From contig OZ024742.1 of the NCBI GenBank assembly GCA_964016885.1, positions 351,664,001 through 351,728,000 of the forward strand: 64,000 bases of DNA, given 5' to 3'. The notes under the pieces were generated by a model that saw only the letters and a program-made list of their open reading frames with translations, had not been told where the DNA came from and made no database searches. Below, one piece after another: positions 1 through 16,086 of this stretch. Both the position numbers and the translations under genes were made by a program. The stretch is from Eledone cirrhosa (lineage: Eukaryota). Every line of letters begins with the position of its first letter. Positions within the stretch are counted from its first letter, which is position 1.

Positions 1-147
1 GTGTATTACTGGTACTTTATTTTATCGACCCCATAAGGATGAAAAGCAGAGTTAACCTCGACGGATTTGAATTCAGACCGTAAAAGGACATAACTCTATG
101 CTGCCAAGCATGGCATCCGACGCTCTACCGATACTGCCAATCCACTA
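1..147 (-). mobile_element. tRNA-derived SINE copy, cut by the window edge
   Basis: The minus strand reads GGCAGTATCGGTAG...TTCAAATCC...CTTTTCATCCTTATGGGGTCGATAAAATAAAGTACCAG, matching about 11 other copies in the window. Confidence 0.85.
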
Positions 148-149
148 AT

Positions 150-1825
150 AATATGAAAGTGTCATACATTAACTTGTATCAATCAATTATCGTCATTGGA
201 CAGAATAAAAGAACATATATTGCAACTCCCTTAAAATAACGTATAACCCTTGCCTGTAGAACAATGAGGGTATGGGTGGAGCCAGTCAAGCATTGAAAGT
301 GAATTCTATACAGCAAATTATAAGGAATGTATATGACATTAGGCTAGATAGGAAGCAGGTGAAAAAGGATTCTGGAGAAAATAGAGAGGGGACGTTATAG
401 AATAGGTGAATAAAATGAGATTAGAAGATAATAAATAAATAAAAAATATATATAATTATGAAATTGGATAGTCAAAAGTACTAAAACAATCTCCAGAGTC
501 TAAAACAGCCGCTATATTTAGTTGGTATTGCGTTTTCGGCCAATGCTATAGAATAGGTTAATAAATTGAGATTAGAAGATACTAAATAAATAAAAAAATT
601 ATATAATTGGATAGGAAAAATTAATAAAAAAAATCTATAGAGTCTAAAAGAGCTGCTATATTTAGTTGGTATTGCATTTTCGGTTAATGCTATATATAAT
701 TTACTGGGTGGGAGTACCGAGGCTACAGAAGCCCGATGGGCTGCCTCGAGATAGGCGAAAGGGAAAAAGGAAAAGGAAGAGGATAGGGAGTGGAAGGTTG
801 TGATAAGAAGAGATATAGGGAAGAAGAAAAGAAAAGAAGGACATCTACCCATGTTAGCTGGTGTTTCCTCTATCTTGTTCGGCAACTGGGGAAAAGGAGG
901 ATGTTGCAGTCAGAGTCTACCCACCCGGGTCATGAGGGGGTTTGAGGGCGAGGTAAGTCCTACGGAATCGGTGTATGCATGCAGTTACAAGTTCATTTTT
1001 TTATTTAGGGGTTGGTTCTTCGTAAACAACACTTGTAAGGTCTCCTCCAAGCATAAGTTAAAAGGACAGCGTCCTCCCCTGCAGGAGTTAGCCCTGGACA
1101 GTAAACTCCAAGTAAGATTGTATGTTATGTTATTATCTTGGAGGTCCCAGATGTGGCTCGAAAGAGTAGTGGCATGACGCCGGTGCGGGTTTCGGAACGT
1201 ATGTCGGTGTTGGTAGAGCCGGGTCTTAATGTCAGAAGCTGGTAATCCTATATAGGCTTTGTTGGAGGTTTCCGTCCTCACGTTGCATTGGTAGATTACG
1301 TTACGTTCTCAGTATCTGTTGTTGAGGGGGGTACGTAGATCTATCAGGGAAATTACAACTCCTGGTCGGCTCTCCACTAATGTCTAGGTTGTTTATTCCA
1401 TAGGTGTTGAGTTTCTTGTTGTTTGAGGAGGCGATGTTTTGTGCAAAGTTGGCTGTGGTGCTATAGGAGTGTTTGATAGTATTTTTGTTGATTATGTGGT
1501 GGTAGCGGTGTTGTGGTGGGAAGCATTTTCGTGGAGCCTAAAGAAGATTTTCCCGATATGTGTTGCCACCTCGGCATTGTGGGAGAGTTGAACCACGTTA
1601 CGTGGCGTGATCGGCGGCACCGCCTGCTGGTTCCGCTAAGGGAAGCTGGATAGGAGGAGATTTTCTCCCGAAAGCCGCTTCGCTTGAAGGACTGGTTGTA
1701 ATGAGGCGCGTGTTCATTAGCGGACACAGAGATATGCGGAGCAAGATGTTTTTAAGTAGGTTATAGTTGATGTTTCTAGAACTGTTAGAGCGGCGGTGGA
1801 TGTAGTGCAGTTTGTCGTATCCATA
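150..1825 (-). mobile_element. 5'-truncated, degraded Naiad-type Penelope-like element (RT C-terminus, GIY-YIG endonuclease, 3' UTR)
   Basis: ORF 985-1281 reads (VIYQC)..AYIG..IKTRLYQHRHTF..TTLSSHIWDLQD..NLCLEE..LNKK. ORF 1461-1727 has HVTWFN. The 3' UTR contains a ~150 bp direct duplication (~400-700). Confidence 0.85.
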
Positions 1826-1834
1826 TAAGGAATT

Positions 1835-1930
1835 ATCCCTTGAAAAGTTCGACTATTTATTTACCACGCTAAACATTCTAATTTAGTCCAGAAATAGCCA
1901 TCGAAACGGCTTGAGCTCTGTCGTCGGGGT
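1835..1930 (+). ncRNA. Decayed type I hammerhead ribozyme
   Basis: ATCCC-TTGAAAA(mutated core)-...-GAAA-CGGC-loop-GTCG-TC-GGGGT. Stems I and III pair. Fragments of the same family lie at ~38645-38830, 44628-44768 and 59655-59700. Confidence 0.5.
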
Positions 1931-1958
1931 TAAACATTTAACTATATTTATATATAAA

Positions 1959-2000
<42 letters not shown>

Positions 2001-2188
2001 TTTAGTCCCCCGGTGTTTGCATGGCTACGGCTTCCTAAAACTGTATTTCTTTGGAGATACGAAATATTTATACATGGAAAAATATCTTTATAATACCATA
2101 ATTATTTTAACATACATATTTCAGTTAACGAGATTATACTCGTATGTCTATTCTATGGTATGCCAATATCTTAACACTAAATATTATA

Positions 2189-2242
2189 TTTATCTGATGA
2201 AAGCACACTAAAGTATTGTGTCCTTGAAATACGTATAATAAA
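2189..2242 (+). ncRNA. Type I minimal hammerhead ribozyme (family A)
   Basis: TTTAT-CTGATGA-AAG.CACA..TGTG..CTT-GAAA-TACGTA(palindrome)-TA-ATAAA. Confidence 0.85.
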
Positions 2243-2285
2243 ATAAATATGGTATTATAAACATATTTTCCATTTACTAATATCG

Positions 2286-2363
<78 letters not shown>

Positions 2364-2581
2364 GAAGTTCTATTTAAATTGTTGGGATTCAACAAGCAAA
2401 TATTTTTATAACTGATATAAAGCACTCAACACGTATTTGGAGTAAACATACGATATTAACAAATGGAAACTATATTTATAAGACCATATTTATTTCATTA
2501 TACATATTTCAAGGACAGCAAGTTAATTGCATTTTTTAATGGTATGTCAATATTTATTTATAAAACTGATATATACTATAT

Positions 2582-2641
2582 TTTGTCTGATGAAAGCACA
2601 CCATAATTTAAATTGGTGTCCTTGAAATATGTATAATGAAA
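2582..2641 (+). ncRNA. Type I minimal hammerhead ribozyme (family A)
   Basis: TTTGT-CTGATGA-AAGCACACC..GGTGTCCTT-GAAA-TATGTA-TA-ATGAA. An inverted partial copy lies at ~2450-2517. Confidence 0.75.
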
Positions 2642-2682
2642 TAAATATGGTTTTATAAATATACTTTCCATTTGTTAATATC

Positions 2683-2744
<62 letters not shown>

Positions 2745-2916
2745 TTATTTATATATACAGAGAGAGTGGTATTAAATCAAGAATCCTGATGGCTTCTTAC
2801 GAATGAAGCATTTCTAGTCATGTAGAAACCTCTTCATATATATACCCCTCTTCTCAATCTACACATGTATTGACTACCTTATTTATGGTGGTTATTTCTG
2901 ATCCAACTATGGATCA

Positions 2917-2949
<33 letters not shown>

Positions 2950-3856
2950 AGTATGTATGCGTACATACATATATGTATACAGACGTCCATAGTATGTATA
3001 TACATACATACATGCACACACATATATATATATATACATATGTGTGAGTGTCCATGTGTCTGAAAGTATGCCAAACGTAAACGGAAACCTGCAACGCAGT
3101 GTACTGAAGATATATATTAGTTTACCTAATGATACAGTATGAAACGTGTCATACCCTATCGGACGTATGTCCTTCACCCGTAGGCAGAATATAAATCGTA
3201 AGAATAATATCATAGAGGAGAGGGAACAGAGGAAAATACGTAGAAAGTCATGAAAAAAGTGCGTGTGCTCGTACAAAAGTGAATGTCCACTCGAGTACTG
3301 ACCAACTGAGGAGCGTATACATATGTTAAATTTTGTCTACAATGATATGGTTTTGGGGGAAAATATTGAGGTTTGGGTATAAGGATATGGCGGTACAACC
3401 GGACACGGTGAAATTACGAAGTGTAGATTCGCTTGCATGGAGGGAGTCTTATATGGCCGGGTGGTTGAGGGGCTGTAATCAGATGTTGGCAAATTGTCAA
3501 CATTGACTGCACCAAAGACCCTCCTTAACAAGGTATCAAGGGAACGAATGCGCATGCGCAGGAGTCACAAGTGTTCCTGCACACTCAAGCGAGAGCAATG
3601 GAATATTGTATATCGGTAATATGCAGTTCCTTAGGTCTTGTATATTCGTATAAGAACAGGCTCGCACATACGTAGGCATCAACATGTGTTTATGTGTTCG
3701 GGTGATACAACCATCACCCGAACACATAAACACACACACGTGCAGAAACACACTTACACTCACACACATACACGCACATACACATGCACACACACGCACA
3801 CAAAACAAAGACACACACACACACACATATATATATATATTAAAATAACAAATTAA

Positions 3857-3907
3857 ACGTTAAGCAAAGAATCGCTGCTTTCACCCTTAACGGGATCTTC
3901 TGAAACT
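3857..3907 (-). ncRNA. Hammerhead-like motif with CAGAAGA core (family C)
   Basis: Minus strand: AGTTT-CAGAAGA-TCCC-GTTAA-GGGT-GAAA-GCA..TGC-TT-AACGT. Confidence 0.6.
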
Positions 3908-3974
3908 GATATATATTTATCCTTATCGAGCCCTCTTTGGATTTTAGTCTTCACATTTATTATTATTACTATAA

Positions 3975-4011
<37 letters not shown>

Positions 4012-4211
4012 TTGGTAAAAGGAAAAGAAAATGCTGACAAATTGTTCCCAGTGAAAAATAGTTTAATTAGAAATAAGTAAAAATTAGTAATAGTATTCGT
4101 TAGTATTCAGTTTTGGTTTTTAGTTTTACCGGTTGCGCATTCCTAATCCTTTTCAAAAATAATTTTGAGATAGAGCACCCGTGACGTTTGCTCTAATCTG
4201 TATACATCTGT

Positions 4212-4279
<68 letters not shown>

Positions 4280-4318
4280 ATACAGACGTACAGTAGTATG
4301 TATATATATATACATACA

Positions 4319-4432
<114 letters not shown>

Positions 4433-5299
4433 ACGTATGTGTTTACCGAACATTCATTATAATGCTCGGTTTGTTTGTAAACAAACAGCCCGAATTGAGC
4501 CGTACAGCGTTCGGCAACCATCGTTGACCTTTTGTTCAACACTGACAAATGATCGATGAATTAGTTCCTGGCTTCTTAGCTGTCATCATCACTATATACC
4601 TTCCTGCAATCGATTGAACGTTTGAAATTATATACTTTCCTTATGCATATTAACGACTGAGCATCCTAATTTGCATATCGAGTGAGTTAGTCGGCCGGGC
4701 GCACCGAAAACGATAAATGGAAAAAATGAAACGAAATTTCATTTCTCACTCTTAGTAAGGCTGTTACTTAATTATAATTATGTATACGTACATACATATA
4801 TGTATACAGACGTACAGTAGTATGTATATATATACATACATGCACACATATATATATGTACGTATGGATTCATCGAACATTTATTATAATGCTCGGTGTG
4901 TTTGTAAACACATTTCTTCTCATTTTTTCCATTTATATATATATATATATACCCTTGATGCATAAACACTTTGATGTGTGCATACATTTGGTGGGATATC
5001 CTGTATATCCAACACAATCTTCATGATATCAACACTGGCTGCATGAGAGCAGGTGAAAACATGATCGTTCATATTTTTGGAAGTGGAAATTAGGTGACAT
5101 CTAAATATATTTATATAGTCTGAAGTATTTGCGGTAATCAGTTTAGTATCTGTCACCACAGGAGAGCGTTGCAAGAGAATTGTATTCATACAGTTCTGTT
5201 GGTTGACACATCTGTTCCAGTATTTTCAAATATGATAATTGTCAGCACTAAATAATTTAATCGAATACACATATACATGTACACTTGCACACACTGAGT

Positions 5300-5355
<56 letters not shown>

Positions 5356-6292
5356 TTTCAAAAAAAACATTGTGGTTGGCCATTTAATATAATTAGCAAG
5401 AAAGGAAAACAAACCGTGTAGAAACATTTCCCTAATTCGATTTTTCGTGGACAGTTATAAAATAGGAAACATTTTTTTTTATCAGCTTACTGTCACAATT
5501 TGTAAACTCATACACATAATTACTATTATTGATAAGATGCGTCAAAATTTAGAAGAGGACATCGCTAGTATATATGCATTGTTAAATGTACCATTTCATT
5601 ATACTTACTCAATTGCCGCAGTTATTGAACATTACTTGAAGCAACCTGAATTACAAACGAGAACTAACTGTATTGATATGATACGAACTCCTTACATATT
5701 ACTGAATTTTCCTGCAATTGTTGACGTATAAGTAACAAAGGGATTTTATGATATTCATTTATCATTGGTCTCCTTCCTATTTCCAAGCCGTTATTATAGA
5801 AAGTATCTTAAGAGAAATGCAGTGTTCAAAATGAATAACAGAACGTTCTAGAACAGTTTAGTATCCAGTTTCCGCTGCCCCCACAACACTTCCAGTTTTT
5901 AACTGTTTGCGTTTAGCTCCAACCAATCTATGGTGGCCGCTTCTTCAATAAAGTATATATATAGTTATACAGCAGATACATGTTCCGTGTGTGATATATG
6001 ACTTGTTGAATATGCACAATTCGAATGAAATCATATCAAATGTTATGATCACAGGCTCAGCACTTTGCAGCCTCTTTCCTACCGCAATATTTCTCCGCAA
6101 GAGCCGAGACATGTTTTAAAAAAGCCATCATCCAGGCCCGGTGTCCAAACGACTCAAAACGTGCGGAAGCTGATAGATTTCTTCAGTTTCAATTTCTTTG
6201 TTTCACTCCCAGATATACATTTACTTTACAAATCTCTATGACAGACGTGATAATAACTAATATATCATACCCATGTATCGGTCATTATATCT

Positions 6293-6473
6293 TGGGAGTA
6301 TCGGTAGAGGGTCGGACAACATATTTGACGCATATAGTTACAGCCCTTGCCATTCTGAGTTCAAATCCCGCCGAGTATAATTGAGCCTTTCATCCTTACT
6401 GGGGTCGATAAAACAAAGTACCAGTAATGCACTTGGTAATTGCTGGCCGTGTGCCAAAAAGTATAAACAATTA
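6293..6473 (+). mobile_element. tRNA-derived SINE copy
   Basis: A/B-box-like head (GAGTTCAAATCC), central GCCTTTCATCCTT.GGGGTCGATAAAA, and a GGCCGTGTGCCAAAA tail. Confidence 0.85.
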
Positions 6474-6681
6474 TATCTACAACTGGGCCATGAAAGAAAT
6501 CCGGCACAGATTCGAACATATCAAACGAAGTATTCGGACTTTTCTAAAGATAGTACTTGTTAAAAATGCTTTCACCTCTCAGATGAGCTAAATTAAATGA
6601 CAGAACAGACACAACTGAAACATCGTCATAGACGCCTAAACTGCACGCCTGTATGTTTGCATGTGTATGTGCGCGCCTCTT

Positions 6682-6758
<77 letters not shown>

Positions 6759-6909
6759 CAAGGCTCTGATACCATGAACACAGAGCTGACATATCTAAGA
6801 GCTGACTAACTGCCTCATGAGGTCATAGCCATTCAATGGCTATAATTGATATATATATATATAGCAGTAAATAAAGGAATATGAGTTCATACAATTGACT
6901 TATGTTTCG

Positions 6910-6969
<60 letters not shown>

Positions 6970-7081
6970 GTAGGAGGTGAGTTTTATTGTAGTACAATAA
7001 AGCAATGCAGATTTAAAGCAATGTTGATTTAAAACTGCACTAACCACAAGTGTTTTTTAGCCTTCATATCATGTTCTCCTG

Positions 7082-7148
7082 TTTTATCTGATGAAAACAC
7101 AAATATTATTGCATGATGATGTTTGTTTTTGAAATGCGCATAATAAAA
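7082..7148 (+). ncRNA. Type I hammerhead ribozyme (family B) within a PLE 3'-end fragment at ~6969-7185
   Basis: TTTTAT-CTGATGA-long stem II hairpin-GAAA-TGCGCA(palindrome)-TA-ATAAAA. Confidence 0.88.
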
Positions 7149-7952
7149 TACATGGAACTCCTTTAACCATCTTTTGATCTTATATTATATATATATATAT
7201 ATATATATGTATACAGTATATATATATATATCGGTTACTCAATTGCATGTTCCATTGTACTGTGCCTCCCACTATCTGCTCTGTTACCTGTTTACTTCTT
7301 TTTCTTCCTCTCTCTCGTCACTACTTTTCCACGTGTTTTCTTCTTTTTTTTCTTTTCTTTCCCTCTTGGCCTTTTGATTGAGAAAAGGTCTTGAATGCAC
7401 CGTTGATCGCTTTGAGATGTCCTGTATTAAGCGCCGAAACATCTGGATCTCGATTTTACAGCTGATGATGGATTTCGTTTCTGCTCTTGTTTCGTCCATA
7501 CTTCCATCTTAAAATTTGTTTACAGCTCCTTTCATTTCTCATAATTTTGTATTTATATATATATATATTAGAAAGTGAGGTTTTTTTTTAACAAAATGAA
7601 AAATAACCGAAGTGTCCTACACGAGTGAAAGTATAAAGAGAAAAAGATGAAATCGAAAACGCAACTGGAGTCTTATTTATAAAAATATATATATATTTAT
7701 TTGATTCCTTTACCGGTTTCGCAGGTCTTCTGCTTTTCTTAAGTAGAGTTGAGATGGACGGTCTGTGTTTTTCTGACATCTGGTTGGGCTTTGTACGTTA
7801 CAACTGGTGGGGGGGGGGGGGGGGGCTCACGAAGTCTTTTTCCCCAAAAATGTAATCTGATTGGTTATAAATGTGAGTATGGCTGTCACATGAACAAGTA
7901 TATTAAATTCGCGCCCGTATTTCGGCCATATTTATATTTATATATTTCGCCA

Positions 7953-8145
<193 letters not shown>

Positions 8146-8480
8146 GTCTGTATGTTAACCTAGTGTGTATCGCATAATTTCGGCGAGTAATTGTAAAGTG
8201 GACATAAAACTTTTTGATGTGTTCCCTTTTGTATTGTGTATTACGTTGGTAGAAATGGGGGGTTAGCACTGATTTTTAAGCTGTTACTAACGAAGCCCGA
8301 TCCGGAAAAAAAGATTCGAACTGCTGCGAGCGAAATATATTGGGGAACCGCGATACAAAAACACGTAAATGTATAAGTAAATCAACCAAACGATCTACCG
8401 CAATGTGATACATAAATACACACCCACACACATTCAAACACGATCTAACATAGATAGATAAGTAAATAAATAAATATGTA

Positions 8481-8680
<200 letters not shown>

Positions 8681-8681
8681 T

Positions 8682-8734
<53 letters not shown>

Positions 8735-9339
8735 AAGATAGAGAGAGAGATACCACTAACATGTTTAGTTTGCCGATTAGATAAAATATTACTTACATGG
8801 AAAGCACGTGCCATCGTTAATCGATACGATACTAGTTATCACATCTTGCCTGATATCTATAAACATTGAATGTAATCCAATAATGTTGATATTTAATATC
8901 TTCTTGTACCACTTTAATATGTTTTTCTTCTTTCATTCCGTTTTGTTTGTTACTGGCTTTTCTGAGCTGTCTTATATCAGACTTATCTCTTTGTTTTATA
9001 TCATGTTTTTCTCTATACAGACATGTAGACCCCTTCAGCTGTTAACAGTTCTATGTGTATACATAATGCCGTCTCATTACAGGGCATCCTAATATCTGAG
9101 GAAAAGAAGGAAAAATAAAGAAAAAACACAAACACATACAGAACATATCTGGAGATAAAGTCGATAAATGTTCAGTTTATGTAATTTGCTTATTCACATA
9201 CACACCAAAACAAAAAAACATTCATTCGTATATATATTTACAAACACACGTACACGCCACTCACACGTGCACACGTACACACATACACACACACACACAC
9301 ACAAACATATATGTATATATATGTTTGTGTGTGAGTGTG

Positions 9340-9402
<63 letters not shown>

Positions 9403-9414
9403 GTATATATATAA

Positions 9415-9527
<113 letters not shown>

Positions 9528-9745
9528 CATACATACATTCATACATACCCATAAATACAGGCATATGCGTGGATGATACACACATTTATTATGAATAAAC
9601 TCTTCCAGGCATACATACCCTCACACACACAACATGCACGCCCGCACACATAAACACACACGAACACACGAACACGCCACTCACAGGTGCACACATACAC
9701 ACATACACACATACACATATACACACACACACACACACACGCACA

Positions 9746-9868
<123 letters not shown>

Positions 9869-10036
9869 AGGTATACATACACGCGTATATGCCTGTTTCC
9901 GATTATTCTACGTGTTATTTTTCAGCTATGGGGCATTAACACATATCTGCTATAATATTACCATTAAGCAAACAGAAGGGTGAGTTCTTTCATACCGCCA
10001 TAAGCAGTTCTGCTAGGCACCGATCATCATCATCAT

Positions 10037-10518
10037 AAGCGATTCTTTAATCTGTTATTTTAATATATATATGTATATATATATATATATATATAATATA
10101 TGTATATATGTATATATATATAATATATATATAGGTAAATATACACGGGTGTGTATGATTGTGTATAGAAGATTATATTAATAAGAGGAATTCCAACTTT
10201 GTCTGATTTACTCGTTTTATTTACAATCCTTTAAAATTTATAATGGTATTATAATGAAATAGTATGATCGAATATTAAATTCTAGGTGTTAATTGAGCAA
10301 GTAATATCATGCTTTTGCAATCTTCAGGTTCATAATATGTGGTGACAGTCAAGTTTGCAATTTTCACGGTTGAAAATTGCAAACTTGACTGTCACCACAC
10401 ATTATAAACCTGAAGATTGCGAAAGCATGACATTACTTGTTAAATTAACACTTAGAATTTAAAATTCCATCTTACTATTTCATTATAATACCATTATAAG
10501 CGATTCTTTAATCTGTTA

Positions 10519-10560
<42 letters not shown>

Positions 10561-10858
10561 GTATATATGTATATATATATAATATATGTATATATATATA
10601 GGTAAATATACACGGGTGTGTATGATTGTGTATAGAAGATTATATTAATAAGAGGAATTCCAACTTTGTCTGATTTACACGTTTTATTTACAATCCTTTA
10701 ACATTTATAATGGTATTATAATGAAATAGTATGATCGAATATTAAATTCTAGGTGTTAATTGAACAAGTAATGTCATGCTTTCGCAATCTTCAGGTTCAT
10801 AATATGTGGTGACAGTCAAGTTTGAAATTTTCACAGTTGAAAATTGCAAACTTGACAT
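10037..10858. repeat. Foldback plus tandem duplication unit
   Basis: A ~260 bp near-perfect palindrome spans 10238-10499 (loop CGGT at 10367-10370). The 10037-10390 segment is repeated directly at 10497-10858. Confidence 0.9.
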
Positions 10859-11499
10859 GTGTGTGTATATATGTAATATAAATATATATTTATATATACT
10901 TTGTATGTGAATCCGTCTAATCATCTTCAGTAGCGCTGACTCATGTGTTTGACATTGTATGAAGTTTGTTGTGAATAAATGAATGGATTGATGCACCTGG
11001 GTATAGATCTAATCTTTAATCTACATTGGAATATACAAGTGTACGACAAATTAATATATAACGATGTTAGGATCAATATGTATAAAATATTATTAACGAA
11101 TCAATTCCAACGGTGAATCATGTTGCTGGGTATTGAATGATTGAAGATATGTAAAGCAACGGTAGATGTAAGAAGAATGTAGACATCACGGAACGCGTTT
11201 TCTAGTATAATATATTGTATTATAACTAGATTAAAACAATGCAATATATTTATTACACTATTATTATATATGTTGTATTCTAGGAAATAATTCGTATACG
11301 AGAGATTATCTGATAAAGGAGGAATCATGATGCTAGTATGAATGGACATATTACTATTATACGGCCCTTGTCTTTGATTAGTAATGAATTCCATTGATAG
11401 GCGTAATCATGAATAAAGTTAACCTGAGCAGATCCATTGTGAAACATGCTTCTATTTACTATAGCAATGGCTTCTACAGGACTAGAACTGTTCATTCGG

Positions 11500-12210
11500 A
11501 GGAAATCATCAGCAAAGCCGACTTTCAATGTAATATGTTGGTATTTATACATTTTCTGGTGGTAGGGGAGGGTGGTGATTGGGATGGTTGGAGGTCATTG
11601 GCGGATATATATATATATACTAATGGGCATGAGGCAGTCCTAGACACTTTTAATTGTAATATGGTCAAAAGGATTGATGTTTGATATCCTTCTTACCATT
11701 TTTTGGTGTGTCATCTAAAGTATTTGATGTGTATTGTCACTAACCATAATTCACAGGAATACAGTAGGACTGATTTTAATGTAGCTTTCAACAATCTAAC
11801 TTTTAGTTTTGTTGTTATGTTACATTTTATATTTCATCTGACGAGTTCACAGCATCATAGGCATGCGTTATCCTGTTGTTTATATCACTTGAAAAGGTTA
11901 TTCACAAATATATTTCAAAGCCTCTACCTTCTGGAGGACAGTATTGCTCAATGATTTGATGTGTGTTGCTTTATCTGAGTTGATGATTCTGTATTAAATG
12001 TTGTTGACATTGAGGAACAATTGAGTAGAAACTTAAAGATTGTGTAACAGTTCCTCTGGATTACGGGTTAAATTTGGACAAATGTGTTAATGTCATTAGT
12101 GTATTCAATACGAACTACGTTTTGTGATGGAATACTCGGGCTTCTAGGCTTTTCCAGGCAAAAGCTATCAATATCATCAATAAAATCATGTATTACATAA
12201 TCAGGTACGA
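11500..12210 (-). pseudogene. Degraded non-LTR retrotransposon (RTE-like) RT C-terminal region
   Basis: Minus-strand translation near 11742-11810 gives KLKVRLLKATLKSVLLYSCELW, resembling the conserved RTE-type SVLLYGCEXW motif. Boundaries are uncertain. Confidence 0.55.
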
Positions 12211-12336
12211 TAAAAATTGAATGCGGTGCGAGGAGACTACTTTGAAAAGCACCTTATATGTACATTTATTACTATCTCTCTCCCTCTCTCGCCCTTTCTC
12301 CCTCTCTCTCCCTCATTCTCTCTCTCTCTCTATATA

Positions 12337-12477
<141 letters not shown>

Positions 12478-13171
12478 ATAGGCATATATATATATATATC
12501 TTATTTACTGAATTTAAAATAAAACATATGTATATATATATATATCGCTATACAATTTTATAGATTTAATCCATGTGAACATGCCGTGTGTGCGGATGCA
12601 TCATACACAAGTACAGGGGAAAATTGTAAAGAGACGGTGACGTCAACAAATATTGGAATCATTTTTTATAGCCGGTTGAGGACACCGAGACAAAGAGACA
12701 GCTCTGGACTTAGCAAGTTTTACACAAATCACTTGGATTTTGTTTTTAAACACGATTGCTATTGTACGAAGTATTATTCATTTTCTGTTTAGCTATTAAA
12801 TGTTAGTTAATAGTTGTGTCACGTGGACATTTGTTAAAGTCCATTCGAAAATATTAATGTCGCCTCATTGAATTGCAATATACAGCGATTTTGGCCAAAG
12901 GATTCAGACCGGAAAACTATTGGTGAAACTATTATCGAATTCATCGGCAGTAGGAATAATGAAAATCGTTGAAGTGTAAAAACCGGTATTTCTCGTTAAA
13001 TAGGACATTGATTAATCGATACAAGAAGTCGTTGTCTACATACATACAAATACATATGTATACATAGATATATACTTCCATAAACACACACATACACACA
13101 CAGACACACATATATATATACATGTAGAATTCATATATACACATATATAGTAATATATATATATGGCAGCG

Positions 13172-14640
<1,469 letters not shown>

Positions 14641-15189
14641 ATACTTGGGGAGGGTCATATTTTCGTAATATTGCCAGAATTAATAACAAAACACACTCAC
14701 TGTTTGTTTGGTTTTCGCTTCTCGCTGTCTTTTATATCTGCGATCTAACTTACTCGGTCCTCAATGTTGCCATTGACTGACCGACGGTCAAAAATAATAC
14801 AGATACAATATAGACACAAACACATATATATAGTTTACATAATTTACATAAATCTTTCGTTGCACATCTGCAACATCGTCAGTGGTGTTATATTTTTTTT
14901 CCTCCTGTTGTGTTGTATGTCTACGCCATTTTTTATTCAGTCTGTCTATATATTTATTTATTTATTTGCTTGTTTGTTTATTTTATTTTGTCTTCTTTGC
15001 GCATGCGTTTGCGTGTGTGTATAGTGTTGTGTGTGCTGTGTGACTAGTGTGTATAGTGTTGTGTCTGTTGGGTGACTAGTGTGTGTTTATGTGCTTGATG
15101 TTATTGTGCTTGTGTATGTATTTATTTATCTTATTTTATTTTATTTTATTTACTTATTTATACTTCTCTTAGGTCAGTGTTGTTTTTCT

Positions 15190-15650
15190 GGGTGTTGTTG
15201 TTGTTCCACTTATTCTTTCTGTTTAGCTTTGGTCTTCTAATTTCTATTTCACTGGCCTCTCTGATTTGCCTATCTGCTGGGTCATTCCTATGTTTAGATA
15301 TTATTCTAATTTCTATGTTGTCTATGTTACCGTCATGTTATTGTCTAGCATGTTCGTATAGTACTGACCCGTTTTGTCGTCCTTTTAGTTCCCCCCAGTG
15401 TTGGTCTATCCTTTCACATATGCTACGAGCTGTCTCACCTATGTATGTTGTTGTCATGTTTCTGCAAGTACCTTGTGTACATCTTATGCTATAGACTACG
15501 TTTCTAGTTTTACAGTTTATCCGGTGGTTCACCTTACATATGATACATTTCCTATTGGTACAGTGGGTTTTCTTAAAAGGGTAGGTTTTGCTGATCAGGG
15601 ATTTTATGGTGGTTCCTATATATATACATATGTATTTTTTCCGTTTTTTC
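15190..15650 (-). pseudogene. GIY-YIG endonuclease fragment of a Neptune/Penelope-like element
   Basis: CTNRKCIIC..NCKTRNVVYSIRC..TYIGETARSICERIDQH..LYEH, continuing past a stop codon into RQIREASEI..PKLNRKE. Confidence 0.8.
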
Positions 15651-15903
15651 TGGTCATTGCCAGAGAACGTCTCTATGAACCACATAAGAGAATATTAGTC
15701 TACGAATTCTTTTATACCATAAACGTGGTTCAGTCTTTGCGCGTAATTGTTTTTCACCGCTCCAAATAATGACGTATTATATTCGTATTTTCCCGATCTT
15801 TGCCAGGGATCGTGTCCACGAACCAAAGTATCGTCTTCCTGTTTTCCTCAGGTTGCAACTTTTTTTGAAATATTAACTTCTGCGTTCACGGATTGACTTT
15901 GTT

Positions 15904-15954
15904 AGTTTCAGAAGATCCCGGTAAGGGTGAAAGCAGTGATTCTTTGCTTAAACT
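15904..15954 (+). ncRNA. Hammerhead-like motif with CAGAAGA core (family C)
   Basis: AGTTT-CAGAAGA-TCCC-GGTAA-GGGT-GAAA-GCA..TGC-TT-AAACT. Stems I, II and III all pair. Confidence 0.7.
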
Positions 15955-15970
15955 TTAATCTGTTATTTTA

Positions 15971-16086
<116 letters not shown>

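Noticed and set aside
1290-1360. Possible selenocysteine TGA in the Naiad linker
   Set aside because: The TGA falls next to, not at, the conserved Cys position in a decayed copy. The other Naiads use TGT or TGC at these Cys positions.
6573-6632. CAGATGA..GAAA-CATCG-TC hammerhead relic
   Set aside because: Stems I and II pair too poorly to call.
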